Assembly (NCBI GenBank): GCA_051047955.1
Contig: JBPGPT010000055.1
Coordinates: 1 to 64,000, forward strand
Origin: Cystobasidiomycetes sp. EMM_F5
Taxonomy: Eukaryota
Direction: 5' to 3'
DNA: 64,000 bases
The notes below the pieces were generated by a model. It had not been told where the DNA came from. It made no database searches and saw nothing but the letters and a program-made list of their open reading frames with translations. Shown here in pieces: positions 14,273-26,478 of this stretch; position 1 is the first letter of the stretch; every line of letters begins with the position of its first letter. The position numbers and the translations under genes were made by a program.

Positions 14273-14650
14273 GAAGCGGACCGATAAGATATGTGGAATG
14301 CATAATCTGAAAGCAGTGCAATGTAGGACAACGAGTACTGTGTATAGCCTGCTACACATGTCTCGGTCTGACACCCGTCTTAGATATGGACATATGCTAC
14401 ATTGGCCTAGACGGCGTAGACTTGCTGGATGTGATGTTTCGACCAGGGTGAAAATGCAGGCAAATGTGAAGGATACAGAGAAAGACGGAAGACAGGGGTG
14501 TATAGTGTGGCGGGGGCAGATTAAGCCAGACTTTGAGGGTAATGTTGACATGAGTCCGACCTGATCGAGCTATACGGACTCGATGGAAGTGGTGTGCTGC
14601 CAGTCGCTGAGGGTGCGGCTGAGCATCTGAAGCCGATTGTTCAATGAGCA

Positions 14651-15709
14651 TCAAGGAATGCTCTGAGCGGAACCGGTGCTACTTACTCGACGCCACGAGT
14701 CGACTCGTTCTCGTCCCCCGGGGACGAACAGCAAGGCGGACACCGCCAGGTGAAAGGGTAAGAGCGGACCAGCCAATACGTCCATAAAGGCGGAGGCGTA
14801 GTGGAAGTACGAAATCGGGGTCGCCTGCAGCTCCACGTAGCGGCCTACCAACTCATGTAATTCCTGACGCGGCAGAAATATCAGATTGACGGCCAACAAC
14901 GTAGTGAAGAGGGTTAACCAAGGCGCCTGAGAGCGTCTGGTAAGATGGATGGCGAGTGATGGGAAGCCGTACTGTCGGCCGATACAAAGCACCGTGGCAG
15001 ACATTACTGCCCAGGACAAAACCGAAAGTCCTGTAAGAACGTCGGTACGGGGCGTGATATTTGTTAAAAATACTAGAAAAGGTGTGGGTGTTGGAACGAA
15101 CAGCTGCGTAATAGCTTTGAATATTACGAAGCCCGCGAACATGAATGGGGCCACCTTCAGTAGGATCCTGGAGAACCTGCAGACGAAGTGGGAGATGCGC
15201 ACTCCGCCTGTTGAAGGCAACGGTTGCCAGACAAAATCGTATCCCGTAGAATCTGCAGCGGGAAAGTCCCGCCCGGGAGAGAGAGTCAGGATAGAAGTAT
15301 TCTGCTCCAGATTTGCGGCATTCCCCTCCAGGTTTGCGTCGAGCGCCCTTGCAACAGGCGTAGACGAGACTTCCTCAAGAAGTCCCCCGAGATCACCCTC
15401 TGCATAAGAAGCCTCTATAAATTACAAAACGTGCTTTAACATGCGGCTTTGGAGGTCAAAGTGCACGAAGTACTCACTGCCAACCCCTCGGATCGCGCAG
15501 AGCCTCGTATGACTCTCGGAGGCGTAGAACTGGTGGCATCGGTTCGAATCTGGATCGTTCAGCCGTGGGAAAGCGGTTGAATTTCCGCTTGCTACGTGCG
15601 GCGAATGGCACTCGCCATCAATAGGCGTACACGGCGATGTATCGCCCCGGCTTGATGGGGAGTCGGCGATATCAGGGGTTTGCCAGTCTTGTAATTGGCC
15701 TCGATACAC
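14651..15709 (-). CDS. Hypothetical multi-pass membrane protein (start uncertain)
   Basis: Open frame from about 15415 to 14651 with 3-4 hydrophobic segments; upstream GTGAGT...TAG intron at about 15476-15415. Confidence 0.5.
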
Positions 15710-16149
15710 TCAGAAGGGCCAGTTTTCACTCAGCATACAATCGTCCAGCAGAAATAGTAGCGGCAACCTACGAGGAGACTGTGCGACCGCCAGAATCTCA
15801 CAGCCGCGATCCATACGTGGGAGGAAAGGAAGATTTGACGAGAGCAGCCAGAAGTGGTAAAAGATGTGATCTAGACGAGAGGAAAAGGAGCGACGTTTTG
15901 AAGGAGTGTGGGTTCTGCTGCTGCTGGTGGTGGTGGTTCTGCAAGGAAGGGGACGGGTTGAGGGGAAGAAAGGCAGCGTCTCGGCGTAGCTAATACGAAT
16001 CGACTGCTCGCTACTTTACGCGTATCGCGTCAGTACATTCCTTGTTTGATACATGCCTGCCAGACTGCGGCTTGCATATCTGAGCTGATCAGTGCAACGT
16101 GCTGTACGCGCATCGTTAGCAGCAACGTCGGCCCGGTTGGCGGACCATC

Positions 16150-17686
16150 ATGCCTTCCGAAAGGACCTGTATCGTCATCGGTGGCGGCGTGTCCGGTCTT
16201 AAATGTGCGGCTGATCTCGTACACGCTGGCTTCCGAGTCTCTGTCCTCGAAGCGCGTGACCGTATCGGCGGGCGCACACATACATATTCAGACCCAGCGA
16301 GCGGTGCCGTATTGGATCTCGGTGGATCCTTCATTCATGGTTTAGCCGGGAACCCTCTATACGCTATCGCAAAAGCCAACAAGCTCCGACTGGTGACTGC
16401 TGATCATTCTGGTTCCCAATCTACATACCTTTACTCGCCCGAAGGTCCACCTCTACCGCAGTCTGTTGCGGATAGGCTGTCTTTCAATTCTCAGAATTGC
16501 CTATTCAATTCGTCTGCTGCTTATGCGCAAGAGAGTCGAGACAAGTATCCAGAAGCGACAGAGAGCCTTGCGAGTTATATCCTCGATGACAAGAAAAGTA
16601 CGCTTTACGATGGTCTAAATACGGCCGAAGAAAAGACTTACGCTCAGGCTCTTTCTCAAAGTTGGGATGGATGGATTGGAGCAAGCCTAAGCGACACGAG
16701 TCTCAGATATTGGCGCAGCGATGTCAACTACGAAGGCCCCGATGCTGCAATAGCGGATGGATATTGCGGCATCTACAGGCCCCTGGGCGATGTCATTAGA
16801 CAAGCCACTAATGGCTCACAAATCGTATTGCAAGAGGAAGTGGTAGCTGTCGAGTACCTGGAAGGTGAAGACTCTGTTCGTGTGACCACGAAATCCGTGG
16901 TGGATAGTTTGGACGCAGCCAAAAGCAAGACATACGTTGCCGCCTTCTGTATCTGTACACTTCCCCTCGGCGTCCTGCAGAAACGCCCTCCGGCATTCGA
17001 CCCGGCTTTACCAAGGAGACGGGTCGAAGCTACACATCGGATCGGCACGGGCTTGCTCAACAAGATCATTCTTACCTATTCTAAATGCTTTTGGCCGGAA
17101 CAGCAGAGCTTCATCTCGCTTCTTCCCTCATCTGCCTCAGAAGCCTTCTTGCCGATACTCAGAGATCGAGCGCTGATTGCACAGAACTACAAGCTCATCA
17201 CTGGCAAGAATCAGCTCGTCTTTTACTGCGGCGCCGCCTTTGGCGAAGCTTTAGAGAAATTATCAGACGACTATATTAAAGAATCGATGCACACTGTCCT
17301 GAAACACCACTTTGCGATCGGCGAGCACGCCAATGACTTTCCAGATGGGCCAGAGAGTATCATCGTAACGCGGTGGCTGAAAGATCCGTACTCGCATGGC
17401 AGCTATACTTACGTCAAGAAGGCCCAAGCAGACGCAAAGGAGCTACCCACCCCATTCGACTATACAGAACTTGCGCGGTCGTTATGGTCGGGTCGGTTAG
17501 GATTCGCTGGAGAGGCTACAGACCCGCTGCACTATGTACGTGAAGGGTCTTTTCAAGTGAGATTAGCTTCGCTGACGTCAGCATCCATCAAATTAGGCCA
17601 GTGTGCATGGGCCATTCTTGACAGGCAAAAGGGAAGCACAACGAATCCTAGATCTGCTCGAAGCAGAGCAGCTCGAATCGCCTTGA
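16150..17686 (+). CDS. Flavin-containing amine oxidase, copy 2 (paralog of the 12734 gene)
   Basis: MPSERTCIVIGGGVSG start and the same motifs as copy 1; intron at the same codon position (17536-17597). Confidence 0.92.
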
Positions 17687-17755
17687 TCAATCATTCGCTG
17701 TCCATACAACATTGATCCTACCATGTCTTTTGGCTAGCACCTGCTCGTCGCACGA

Positions 17756-18208
17756 CTATGCCTTGATCTCCACCTTGTTCTTGTAGAAGGCGACGTAACC
17801 CTCGATGTTTTTTGCCTTGTCCTGCAATGGTTGTCAGAGATTAGATTGCAGATCTGTGACAAGATTCACTTGCATAGGCAGATGGATAATACCACGCTAC
17901 GTCATCTACAAGACGGGTAGTGAATGAGCGTAACCACACCGCGTTCCCACATCGCTTACTGATGACGCTGCCATCTGGCAACTTGGCATTGTAATAGCTC
18001 GCTACGCCTTTCCATCCGCATGTGGTGTGGGTCTGCGAGTCTGTGAACAGGTCGCGATTGACGGAATCGGCGGGGAAGCTGAGTGCGTGTCAGGGAGCAG
18101 ACAGTCAGCAGCGCAGGTCATCAGTCTAGCTGACTAGTGGTTATTCTCGACGACAATGGTCGAGTTGCTCGATGCCAGCTGCTGCCCTTTGACAGTGACG
18201 GTAACCAT
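17756..18208 (-). CDS. DUF427 (NTP_transf_9) small protein, 4 exons; absent from the ORF track
   Basis: Spliced product MVTVTVKGQQLASSNSTIVVENNHY|FPADSV...TTCGWKGVASYY...|DVAWYYPSAY|DKAKNIEGYVAFYK carries the CxWKGxASYY and AWYY signatures. Confidence 0.9.
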
Positions 18209-18302
18209 GGTGTTGATGAAAGAAGAAGGATGATGATTAATACATCGGTGAAATACAATCATTGATTTGGAAGCAGGCATACAACAGGGTAATACATGCG
18301 CA

Positions 18303-18923
18303 TCAGAAACAAGGCGATGAGGGAGTACGAGTCAATACCCTGGTCAACGAAGCCTTCCGTAGCCTTTTACGAATGAGGACAGAGTAGTGGTAGTATTTCA
18401 TCACACAAAGTGGAAACCAAAGTCCAGCAAACGTAGGACAATTGTACAATAGAGCGGTCCTGATAGACTGACAATGCGAGTACTGATCCAGAAGGTAATG
18501 CCCTGCGGACAATGTAATTACGCCAGCGGACTGAGGAGTCTGCATATTCACGCAATGTCAGCGTGCGAGCTGTCAGATTAAAAGGCACATAGCAACGAAC
18601 TTCATCAATGATGGTCTTGACGTTGTCGCTCTGATGCCGAGAAAGAGGACTGTCGGGATGTAAACCCAGTGCATAACTCTGAAAAGTGGTATCGTTAGCA
18701 ATCTCAGCGGGGAACAATACGCTCCAAGCCTACGTTGCGCCCAAGGCAAGAGCCTGAAGAAACATAGTGTCCCTTCCCATTCAGCTTTGCGATTCTCCAG
18801 TATTCATCCATCAGAACTGACCTGCTGCACCCGGATCTGCGCAGGGACATCAGCCAGCGCTCCAACTTGCACAACAGCGCTCCATCTCACCTTGTTCTGC
18901 TGCGAAAGGCTTGTTAACAGCAT
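18303..18923 (-). CDS. Possible small spliced hypothetical gene, divergent from TIM50
   Basis: Three canonical-looking introns (GTGAGA, GTAGGC and GTTCGT donors with branch sites and CAG). The product is not recognisable and the start and frame are uncertain. Confidence 0.3.
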
Positions 18924-19035
18924 GTTGTCGTCGTTTGGTCTGTATTGAGTCTAAGCCAACGCATCCCAAATTTCATCTTTCATCACCACCTTTGACCGCA
19001 TCCGACTTGTGAATCATCTCAGCAATCTGCACGTT

Positions 19036-20779
19036 ATGCAACCCGCTACAAGGGCACTTGCAGCTACAATGGCCGGCCGTACTGGCTCCAGAGCGCTGGC
19101 TGCATCATCTGAAGCTCTGAAACATATCACCCCGCCAGGACTGCTGCCCGCTGCTTCCACGTCTGCCCTATCACCTCTAGCTCGCACAGTGCTCAAATCG
19201 AGCATCTCTCGAGGATATGCCCATCAAGTTGGTCAACCTGTGCCTCCGTCCCCTCCCCCGTCATCGGAGAAAGTCCCATCAACAAGCGATGCCGCTGCGG
19301 CCCAGGTGCCCGCCTCGACTGCCAAAGATATCAAGCCTGTGTCGTCTCTGGCATCGCAATATCTAAACATGACGGAACTGCCCCCGAGTGCAGAAGAGGC
19401 GGAAGCGGAACGGCAGCGCACGGGCGCACGATCTACAGCGGGAGCGAGGTCAATGAGTAGTATCGAGAAGAAGAGGCAGTTATACGGACGATTTGCTCTT
19501 GCCTTTACCTTCTTTGGAGGAGGATTGTACGCCTGGCATCTGGGCAGAGATTGGGAGAGTGAAAAGGAAAAGTCTAGAGTAGGGAGAAACGTCACAACGG
19601 AAGAAGGGCTCGAAGGGCGCTGGCAGAGAGGAAAGGCGCGTGCTGCAGATATGGCAGACTACTTCAACAAACCCGCTTGGGAACCCTTGTTGCCTGAGCC
19701 AGGCGCTCCTCCTCACCAAAAGCCGTACACTCTGGTTTTGAGCTTGGACGATCTGCTCATCCACTCTGGCTGGGATGTGAGCTTGCGCATCCTCTACTTT
19801 TGTATCTCCTCTGACATAAATACACCGTAGCGGGAACACGGCTGGAGAACAGCCAAACGACCAGGAGTAGACTATTTCCTTGCATACCTGTCCCAATTTT
19901 ACGAAATCGTCCTGTTTACAGCCCAACCTCCCTACACTGCAATTCCCATCGTCGAGAAGCTAGATCCGTACGGTGTATGGATCATCTACAAGCTCTTTCG
20001 AGACTGCACGAGATACTTCAACAAGGAAATTGTAAAGGATCTAAGCTATCTCGGACGCGATCTATCAAAGACCATTATGCTTGATACGGATCCCCAACAC
20101 TGCAGGCTACAACCCGAAAATACAATCCTCATGAAGCCGTGGGATGGGAATACAAACGACCGAGATCTGATAGGCATGATTCCGTTTTTAGAAGGTGAGA
20201 TACCGTTTGGACATGGTGACGCTCTCAACAGTCCTTGGTATTATGGCTGACCGCCTCTGCGTTCCTCTATGCCCACACAGCTATAGCGATCTTCCGAGCA
20301 GGTGACGTCCGACAGACTCTGGACAAGTATGCGGGCAAGCATATCCCAACGGCATGGGCGGAAGTAGAAGAACAGCTTCGGCAAGCAGAACTCGCAGAAT
20401 CGGAGAGCAGACAAGCAAGTATTAAAGGCAGATTAGGAGGCGGCTTTGGCAATCTGTTTGGCCTATCCAGTCCGCAAGCGCGGATGGAGGTCGGACCGCG
20501 CAAGACGCTACTTGAGCGAGAACGTGAACTGTATCAGAAGTCTTATGTCGAGGAGCAAAAGTACTGGGCGGACAACAAGGCTGAAATTGAGAAGATGATG
20601 GAGGAAGATCGCGAGAGGCAGAAGCGCGAGATGGGCAATTCAGTTATGGGCTTTGTGACTGCTACTCTGGGGTTGGCTCGTCAGTTGTACCCGCTCGAAC
20701 GTTGATTCATAGCTGACTTCGACCCACCCTTCTAGCTCCGCCTAATCCAGAAGCATCTTCGAGCGCTTCGAAGGCTTGA
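19036..20779 (+). CDS. TIM50: Mitochondrial inner-membrane translocase subunit Tim50
   Basis: Presequence and single TM segment; [48 protein letters not shown] and [12 protein letters not shown] (FCP1-like domain). Confidence 0.95.
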
Positions 20780-21120
20780 CACTAGCCCAGGAGACTGTTG
20801 GGACGGGATTCGCATCGGATACTAATGCAATGATAGGTAGTCGACGCTGGAGCAGTAGCGTGTCGATGTTGTATAGTATGATTATGTATGTAGCTGGCAT
20901 GAACAAGCATCTCCACTCAGTAACTCTCGAAGGGACGAGCTGACATGGCGTCCAAGCTGAGTTGCGACTGTCGCTGCATGACAGACTTGCGAAAAAGCTG
21001 GACAGCGGGCTTATGTCGAAAGTATTGAAGTCGATCATAACTATTTGCTGTCGACATGCGTCAACATGGTTCACATCCTGACAACTGTTCCAAATTCCTG
21101 CACATTTTGTGTCTCTCGAT

Positions 21121-21843
21121 ATGCCAAAGATCAAGACATCCAGGACGAAAGCGCCGCCCGAAGGCTTTGACGAGATTGAGGATGTTGTGCGTCAAATAGT
21201 TTACAGACGACTATGAAACCATGCTAGACGTGCCAGAGGCTTTGGCAAGCCACGTAGTAGGGAAATGAAATGTACTGACACGCTACTCATTACATCCGTC
21301 CGTCACCGCTACTTTGTCTCAATCGTCAAACAGCTCGAGGAGTACCAACGTCAAATGCGAGACGCTGAGAATGAGGACCACGAGGGCAAGAGAAAGTCGG
21401 AATCGTTATGGCCCATCATGAGGATATCGCATACTCGGTCAAGGTGGATCTACGATTTATACTACAAGCGAGAAGCGATATCGCAAGAGTTATACGACTG
21501 GCTGTGCGACGAGAAGTACGCTGATATAAAGTATGGTGGACACGGTTCCCTAGACATACAGTATCACTGACGTAATCTGACTCCAGTCTCATCGCGAAAT
21601 GGAGAAAGAACGGATACGAAAAGTTGTGCTGCTTGAGGTGTATACAAACGAATGTGAGTTTGGCGTTTTCTCCTCAATATTCTGCTCATTATTGCGCACA
21701 AGCTGACGACAGCGTTCGTTGGACAGGCAAACAATTTCCAGGGCTCAACGTGTATCTGCCGCATACCAAAAGCGCAACTGCGGGCTGGTCAAATAGTCGA
21801 GTGCAACGCTTGTGGTTGCCGAGGTTGTGCAAGTTCCGATTGA
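21121..21843 (+). CDS. BUD31: Pre-mRNA splicing factor Bud31/Cwc14 (G10 family)
   Basis: [64 protein letters not shown] and [10 protein letters not shown]; 4 exons. Confidence 0.97.
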
Positions 21844-21971
21844 GCTATACCAAGTGACTTATTCCGTATCCGTCCATTGTTGTTCCAAGACGCTGTTGTT
21901 CTCATTCATCTGCACAGTGCTTTTCAGGTTTAATCGTGTCAACGCGTGTGCATGATTATACGTCAATGATG

Positions 21972-23140
21972 CTATCTGACAATAATCTCTCCTTCAACCG
22001 CTCGTTGGTCGACGCCAATTGTTCTAAGACACGCAACGTATCGGCCAAGATTCTTGTTCTTCAGATATTCCAGTACCCGCTTGCGGGCCATTACGAGTGC
22101 GCGTAATCGGAACTTGACAGCTACATCTCTTGGCATCTCCTGCAGGTGGTCTGCGCAGTTGTGTATGCGCATAGTAAGGATAGCAGCTGCAGAAGCGAGC
22201 AGATCAGCGCAAGAACTTTTGTGGATTTTGAATTCCGCTTGCATAGCTGACTCACCTTGCACTTCAGAGTCACCAGAGCCGTGGCCATGGGAGAACCGCT
22301 GAATGATTCGACGAGTGTTTTCCGCTCTTATGCCTCTTGAATTTGCATTCTTGAGATCGAGAATCCTGCGCATCCTGTCGCCCTGTTCGGCCGCAGTAAG
22401 TCGCTGGGCCTCAAATTTGGCCACCGCTTCCTCGTAGTCTTGTAGGTTATGCTTGGCGCTCAAGTCATCTCTCGTCATTTCCGGTCCCTCTTGCAAGAGC
22501 CGTAATTCTGCAGCAGACAGGCTGACTGCCGCTTGTGCGCTGGGTACTTGCCGCAACAAAATATCCAGCGCATTTCTCGATAGTCCGAAATTTGGAACGA
22601 GTTCGCGTTCTCCATCCGGTGCGAGTTGCACAGGTTTGGCGTTTGGCGAATTTGTCGACGATGCAGCAGTACCTGATCCCTCCGATGACTCCGCAGAGGC
22701 AGTCAAGCTTTTCGGATTGCGCACACTACCAGACTTGATCAATTTCTCTTCTGTCCCCGCCCACACCTTTTCGCTACGCAACAACAGCTTGTACAGCGGT
22801 GAATCCAGCCAAATCTGCTCGTTGTTCGGCCCGTACCCCCTCACGGGATCGGGTGAGCTGGCAGCGAGTTGTTCCTTTGCAGCTTCCCGTCGTGCAATAT
22901 TGGCCTTCTTTGTCAGTCGTGCCTTGAGCTTGCGTTTCTTTTCGAGGACTGTCGTCGAGGTGTGGAAGCTGGCAGCGGAAGGGAATGGAGCCAGCGCGCT
23001 TGAAGTAATAATAGCTGGTATGGCAGATGTTGAGGCTATTGATTGCAGGTATTGCACGTCAGATATGTAGCAATGCAGCTGTTTTACAATCCAGACTCAC
23101 GTTTACACGAGCTTGATGCGCACAAGGTGAGACTCGCCAT
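21972..23140 (-). CDS. MRPS28: Mitochondrial ribosomal protein uS15m
   Basis: C-terminal S15 domain GSGDSEVQ|AAILTMRIHNCADHLQEMPRD...RKRVLEYLK; presequence-like N-terminus. Confidence 0.88.
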
Positions 23141-23307
23141 GCGGCGATGGAGCGTAGAGACCGCCGACATGGTTCCTTCAGAAAGGACAGCCTTCAGACG
23201 CAGACTTCCAATTGATGTTCCGCGTATCGGTGATGGTTGAAAGAAAAGGTATGAATGATACTTGAACCCCCGACATGGCTTTGGTTGTGATCAATCTCTA
23301 AAGCACA

Positions 23308-24242
23308 ATGTCGACAAGCGTAGAGTCCAATACAAAGAAGCTCACCAAGAAGCAGCTCAAAACGCAAAAGCTGCGGTCTGGGAAGGGCAAAGCTGCAGAG
23401 CCTGAGCAATTGGCCGTACCGGAGAGCGACCTCATCGGTGAAGATATCGTTCAGAAGAGCAAGAAGCGCAAGAGGGACAGTAACGACGAGGGCGATGTAG
23501 ACGATGCCACTGTCGCTGTCGAAGCTGGGCAAGGCGTTGCGAAACGGAAAGGAGATGGTGCAAAATCTGGTAAATCGTCACAACAAGCGAAACCCAAGGC
23601 CGATAAGGACAGAAAGCAAAGGTTCATCGTGTTTGTTGGTACGTTTCAGAATGCTCTCTTTCTGTACTTGCAAGACGAGCTTAGACCTTACTGCAGGCAA
23701 TCTACCCTACAAGGTGACAACGGACGATATTCTTGAACACTTTACCGAGGCATGCGGTAGGACCACGGGATAAGTGCGCCGAATAGGTTCGCAGCTGATC
23801 ACTCGTATACATGCTAGGCGAGAAACCCTCAGTACGACTACTGACACCCAAAGGGGCTACTTCCGAAAAGTCCAAGGGATGTGCATTTGTCGAATTTACC
23901 ACTTCACAAGCGCTACAAGGGGCACTTCATCTCCACCAATCCTTTTTCAAAGCCTCTGCGACCTCTTCAAAACGCAAGATCAATGTCGAATTGACGGCAG
24001 GCGGAGGTGGGAAAAGCGCACAGCGGACAAAGAAGATTAATGACAGTAAAGAGAGGTTGGAGAAGCAGCGCGAGAAGCACAGGACGGAGAATGAGGTAGA
24101 GCAGATGAAGAAGGACGAGGAAAAGAAGAAACTCGCGGCGGAACGAAGGGCCAAACAGGACGCCCTTCCACCGATGAAGAAGAAGAGGCAGATCAAGAAG
24201 CCCGCATGGTTGACGGGCTCGAATGCGACCAAGCTGGGCTGA
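23308..24242 (+). CDS. NOP6: Nucleolar RRM protein Nop6-like
   Basis: RFIVFV|GNLPY (RNP2), SKGCAFVEF (RNP1) and RKINVELTAGGGG; Lys-rich termini. Confidence 0.85.
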
Positions 24243-24662
24243 GAGTTGAGCGGTGTTCCTCTTGCAATGAAGTAGTCAGCAGTAAGTCTGGTCGTGCACT
24301 GTCGTTGTAGCCCCCTTGAGCTTGTGTAAATCATGCAAATACTGTAGTCCAATAGGTATGACATAGCTGTCAACCGTGAAGTATGCGACGAATCCGAACT
24401 TCAATACCAATATTCACTTGTATTAACTATCAACGATGTGGGTAATGAACCAATCCAACAATGAAAAACAACGTCGGCGCCCCGACTAGATTAAAAGTGT
24501 GTATCCTCTGTAATGATAAAAGTCGTTAAAAGAGGTTTAGATTGAAATAAATATGTAATAGTCCATTCCATTTGCATTTCCAATTCTCCGTGGTATCTTG
24601 TCTTGTCCTACATCTCTGTATTCTCTGCAGCCCTTTACTCGGAATTCGTGACTGTGCCTGGC

Positions 24663-25939
24663 TTAGAACATGATGGCCCTACGAGCAGCTCGTGCCGAGG
24701 TAGCGTTGATCTGCTGTGCGAATGTAGTGATTGCACCCTGGATGAAGGAAGCAATGACCGGGAGACCCTGTGTCTGATCGTTGAAGCAGGCAAGGATAAA
24801 GTACTGAACAGATGTAGCGTTGGTGGTCGTGTTGGTGTAGACGGTAAGGTCATCGAAAGCGTTGAATACCGTCAACGAATTTGTGATGGCTACTGGACCA
24901 GCGTTTGTAAAGTTCCACTGCTGGTGCAGGGTGCCGGTCGTAGCATTCGTCTCGTTGAGACGGAGAGTCTCTGAGAATGTGACGTTGCCGTTGAACGTGT
25001 AGGATCTGCGAGCGCCTACGCCAGTTCCTGTGGAATTGACGGGCGTGCCTACGACTGCACTGCTCCAGTTTCCAAAGTAACGGGTTGCGCGGTTCAATGC
25101 AACTCCTTGGAGTACGGCAGTGGTGATGCCATACGAGAGGAGACCTTGTGGGCACGTAAAGTTGTATCCACGGCTACCTGCGACTGACGTTCCGTTTGTC
25201 TGGGTGATGTTTGCGGTCACTGGTCCAGAAGAGGCTGTCACAGTGGCGGATGGAGCGGCAGAGACAATGGTAGAGGTGACGGTACTTCCGACGGACGTTG
25301 CGGGGCCAACAACGACAGAGGAGGAGGCAGGGCGGGAAGTAGACGATCCGGCGGCTGAGGAGGCAGAAGAAGACAGGCAAGAGCTGTCAGAGGAAGACAT
25401 GATGACGAGGGGCGCAGCATAATTTGTCGCGCCGGTGTTGTCGGTTATCCGGAGAGACAGATTTGTGCCGGCTGCGAGGTTGACGACCCATGTGTACGTT
25501 CCTGCATATTAAGAGGTAAGCAGAGGCCAGAAGAAGCGAAAAAGACAACGCACCCGCTGCTGCCTGGTTTGGAAGATTCAACAGGGGAGTTGCCGCAGTC
25601 TGGCCAGCTGGGAGAACTGCGAGAAAGTATGGAGCCTGTCCGCCGCTAAAGGACAAGAGTGCGGGCTGGCATCTATGAAAGAGGACGGGGACAGGTGGCA
25701 AAGGAAAAGTGGACGGATCGGTCAAAACGGTCAAAACGTGGGCTAGGAACCAAAAGGCTGAGAAGGCGAGCTTACTGTGTCAGGGAAGCGGGAGTGTTGA
25801 TGATCTGTGGTGGAACAAAGGGGGAAGAGTCAGTTTTCTCATAATCGTATCATGGCACATGGCTGCTCACCGGAGCACTCGTCTGAGCCAAGGCTGCCCT
25901 TACGAACGCAGCGAGGGAGAGTGCGATGACTGACTTCAT
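24663..25939 (-). CDS. Secreted protein: basidiomycete TPASLxQCQP domain, Ser/Thr linker and putative SRPBCC-like C-terminal domain
   Basis: Signal peptide MKSVIALSLAAFVRAALA; spliced IINTPASLTQ|CQPALLSFSGGQAPYFLAVLP...TWVVNLAAGT...SSSDSSC; C-terminal GTGVGARRSYTF...FSETL with many N-x-T/S sequons. Confidence 0.75.
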
Positions 25940-26478
25940 TGTAAGTGTGGAGGATGGGTGATTACGAGGAGGAGAATGAGAGAGCTTGGTGTCGGTGAGG
26001 AGGGAGAGAGGAGAGAGGATGAGCTTTGCTTTTAGATTGAATCTTTTCAGTTTGAATACTTCTTGCCTCTCAGATCACCCGGATTCAAATAAATTCTTGA
26101 TCTTTTTGCGCAGTTTACGCGCAAACTCGGTGGTGGCCAATGGCAATGACGAAGGCATACTCCGGATCCAGACGGCGACATCGAGGGCAGCATGTATGAT
26201 CCAGGCTGTGTTGATGACAACTGCGGAGGGTGCATGGGTGTGACCCAGTCACTCTCAGTGTCTTTAATCAATCTCGATACTTTACATTCATGGTCACAAT
26301 CTGGCTTCAAGTCGACGAGGCGGTGTCGTTGTCGGATGTCGAGCCAATGATCCTTCCAACGAGATATCCGAGTCGTTATTGATATGTTGCAATAGCCATC
26401 AGAATGCATCAATATTGATACTATGATTATTCTGTATGCCAGCTCTGAACACGACCAACCTGATACAAATACCATGCC

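Noticed and set aside
22453..23070. Long antisense ORFs (here and at 34982-35497, 39049-39522, 51391-52086)
   Set aside because: These are shadow frames or read-through extensions overlapping well-supported genes.
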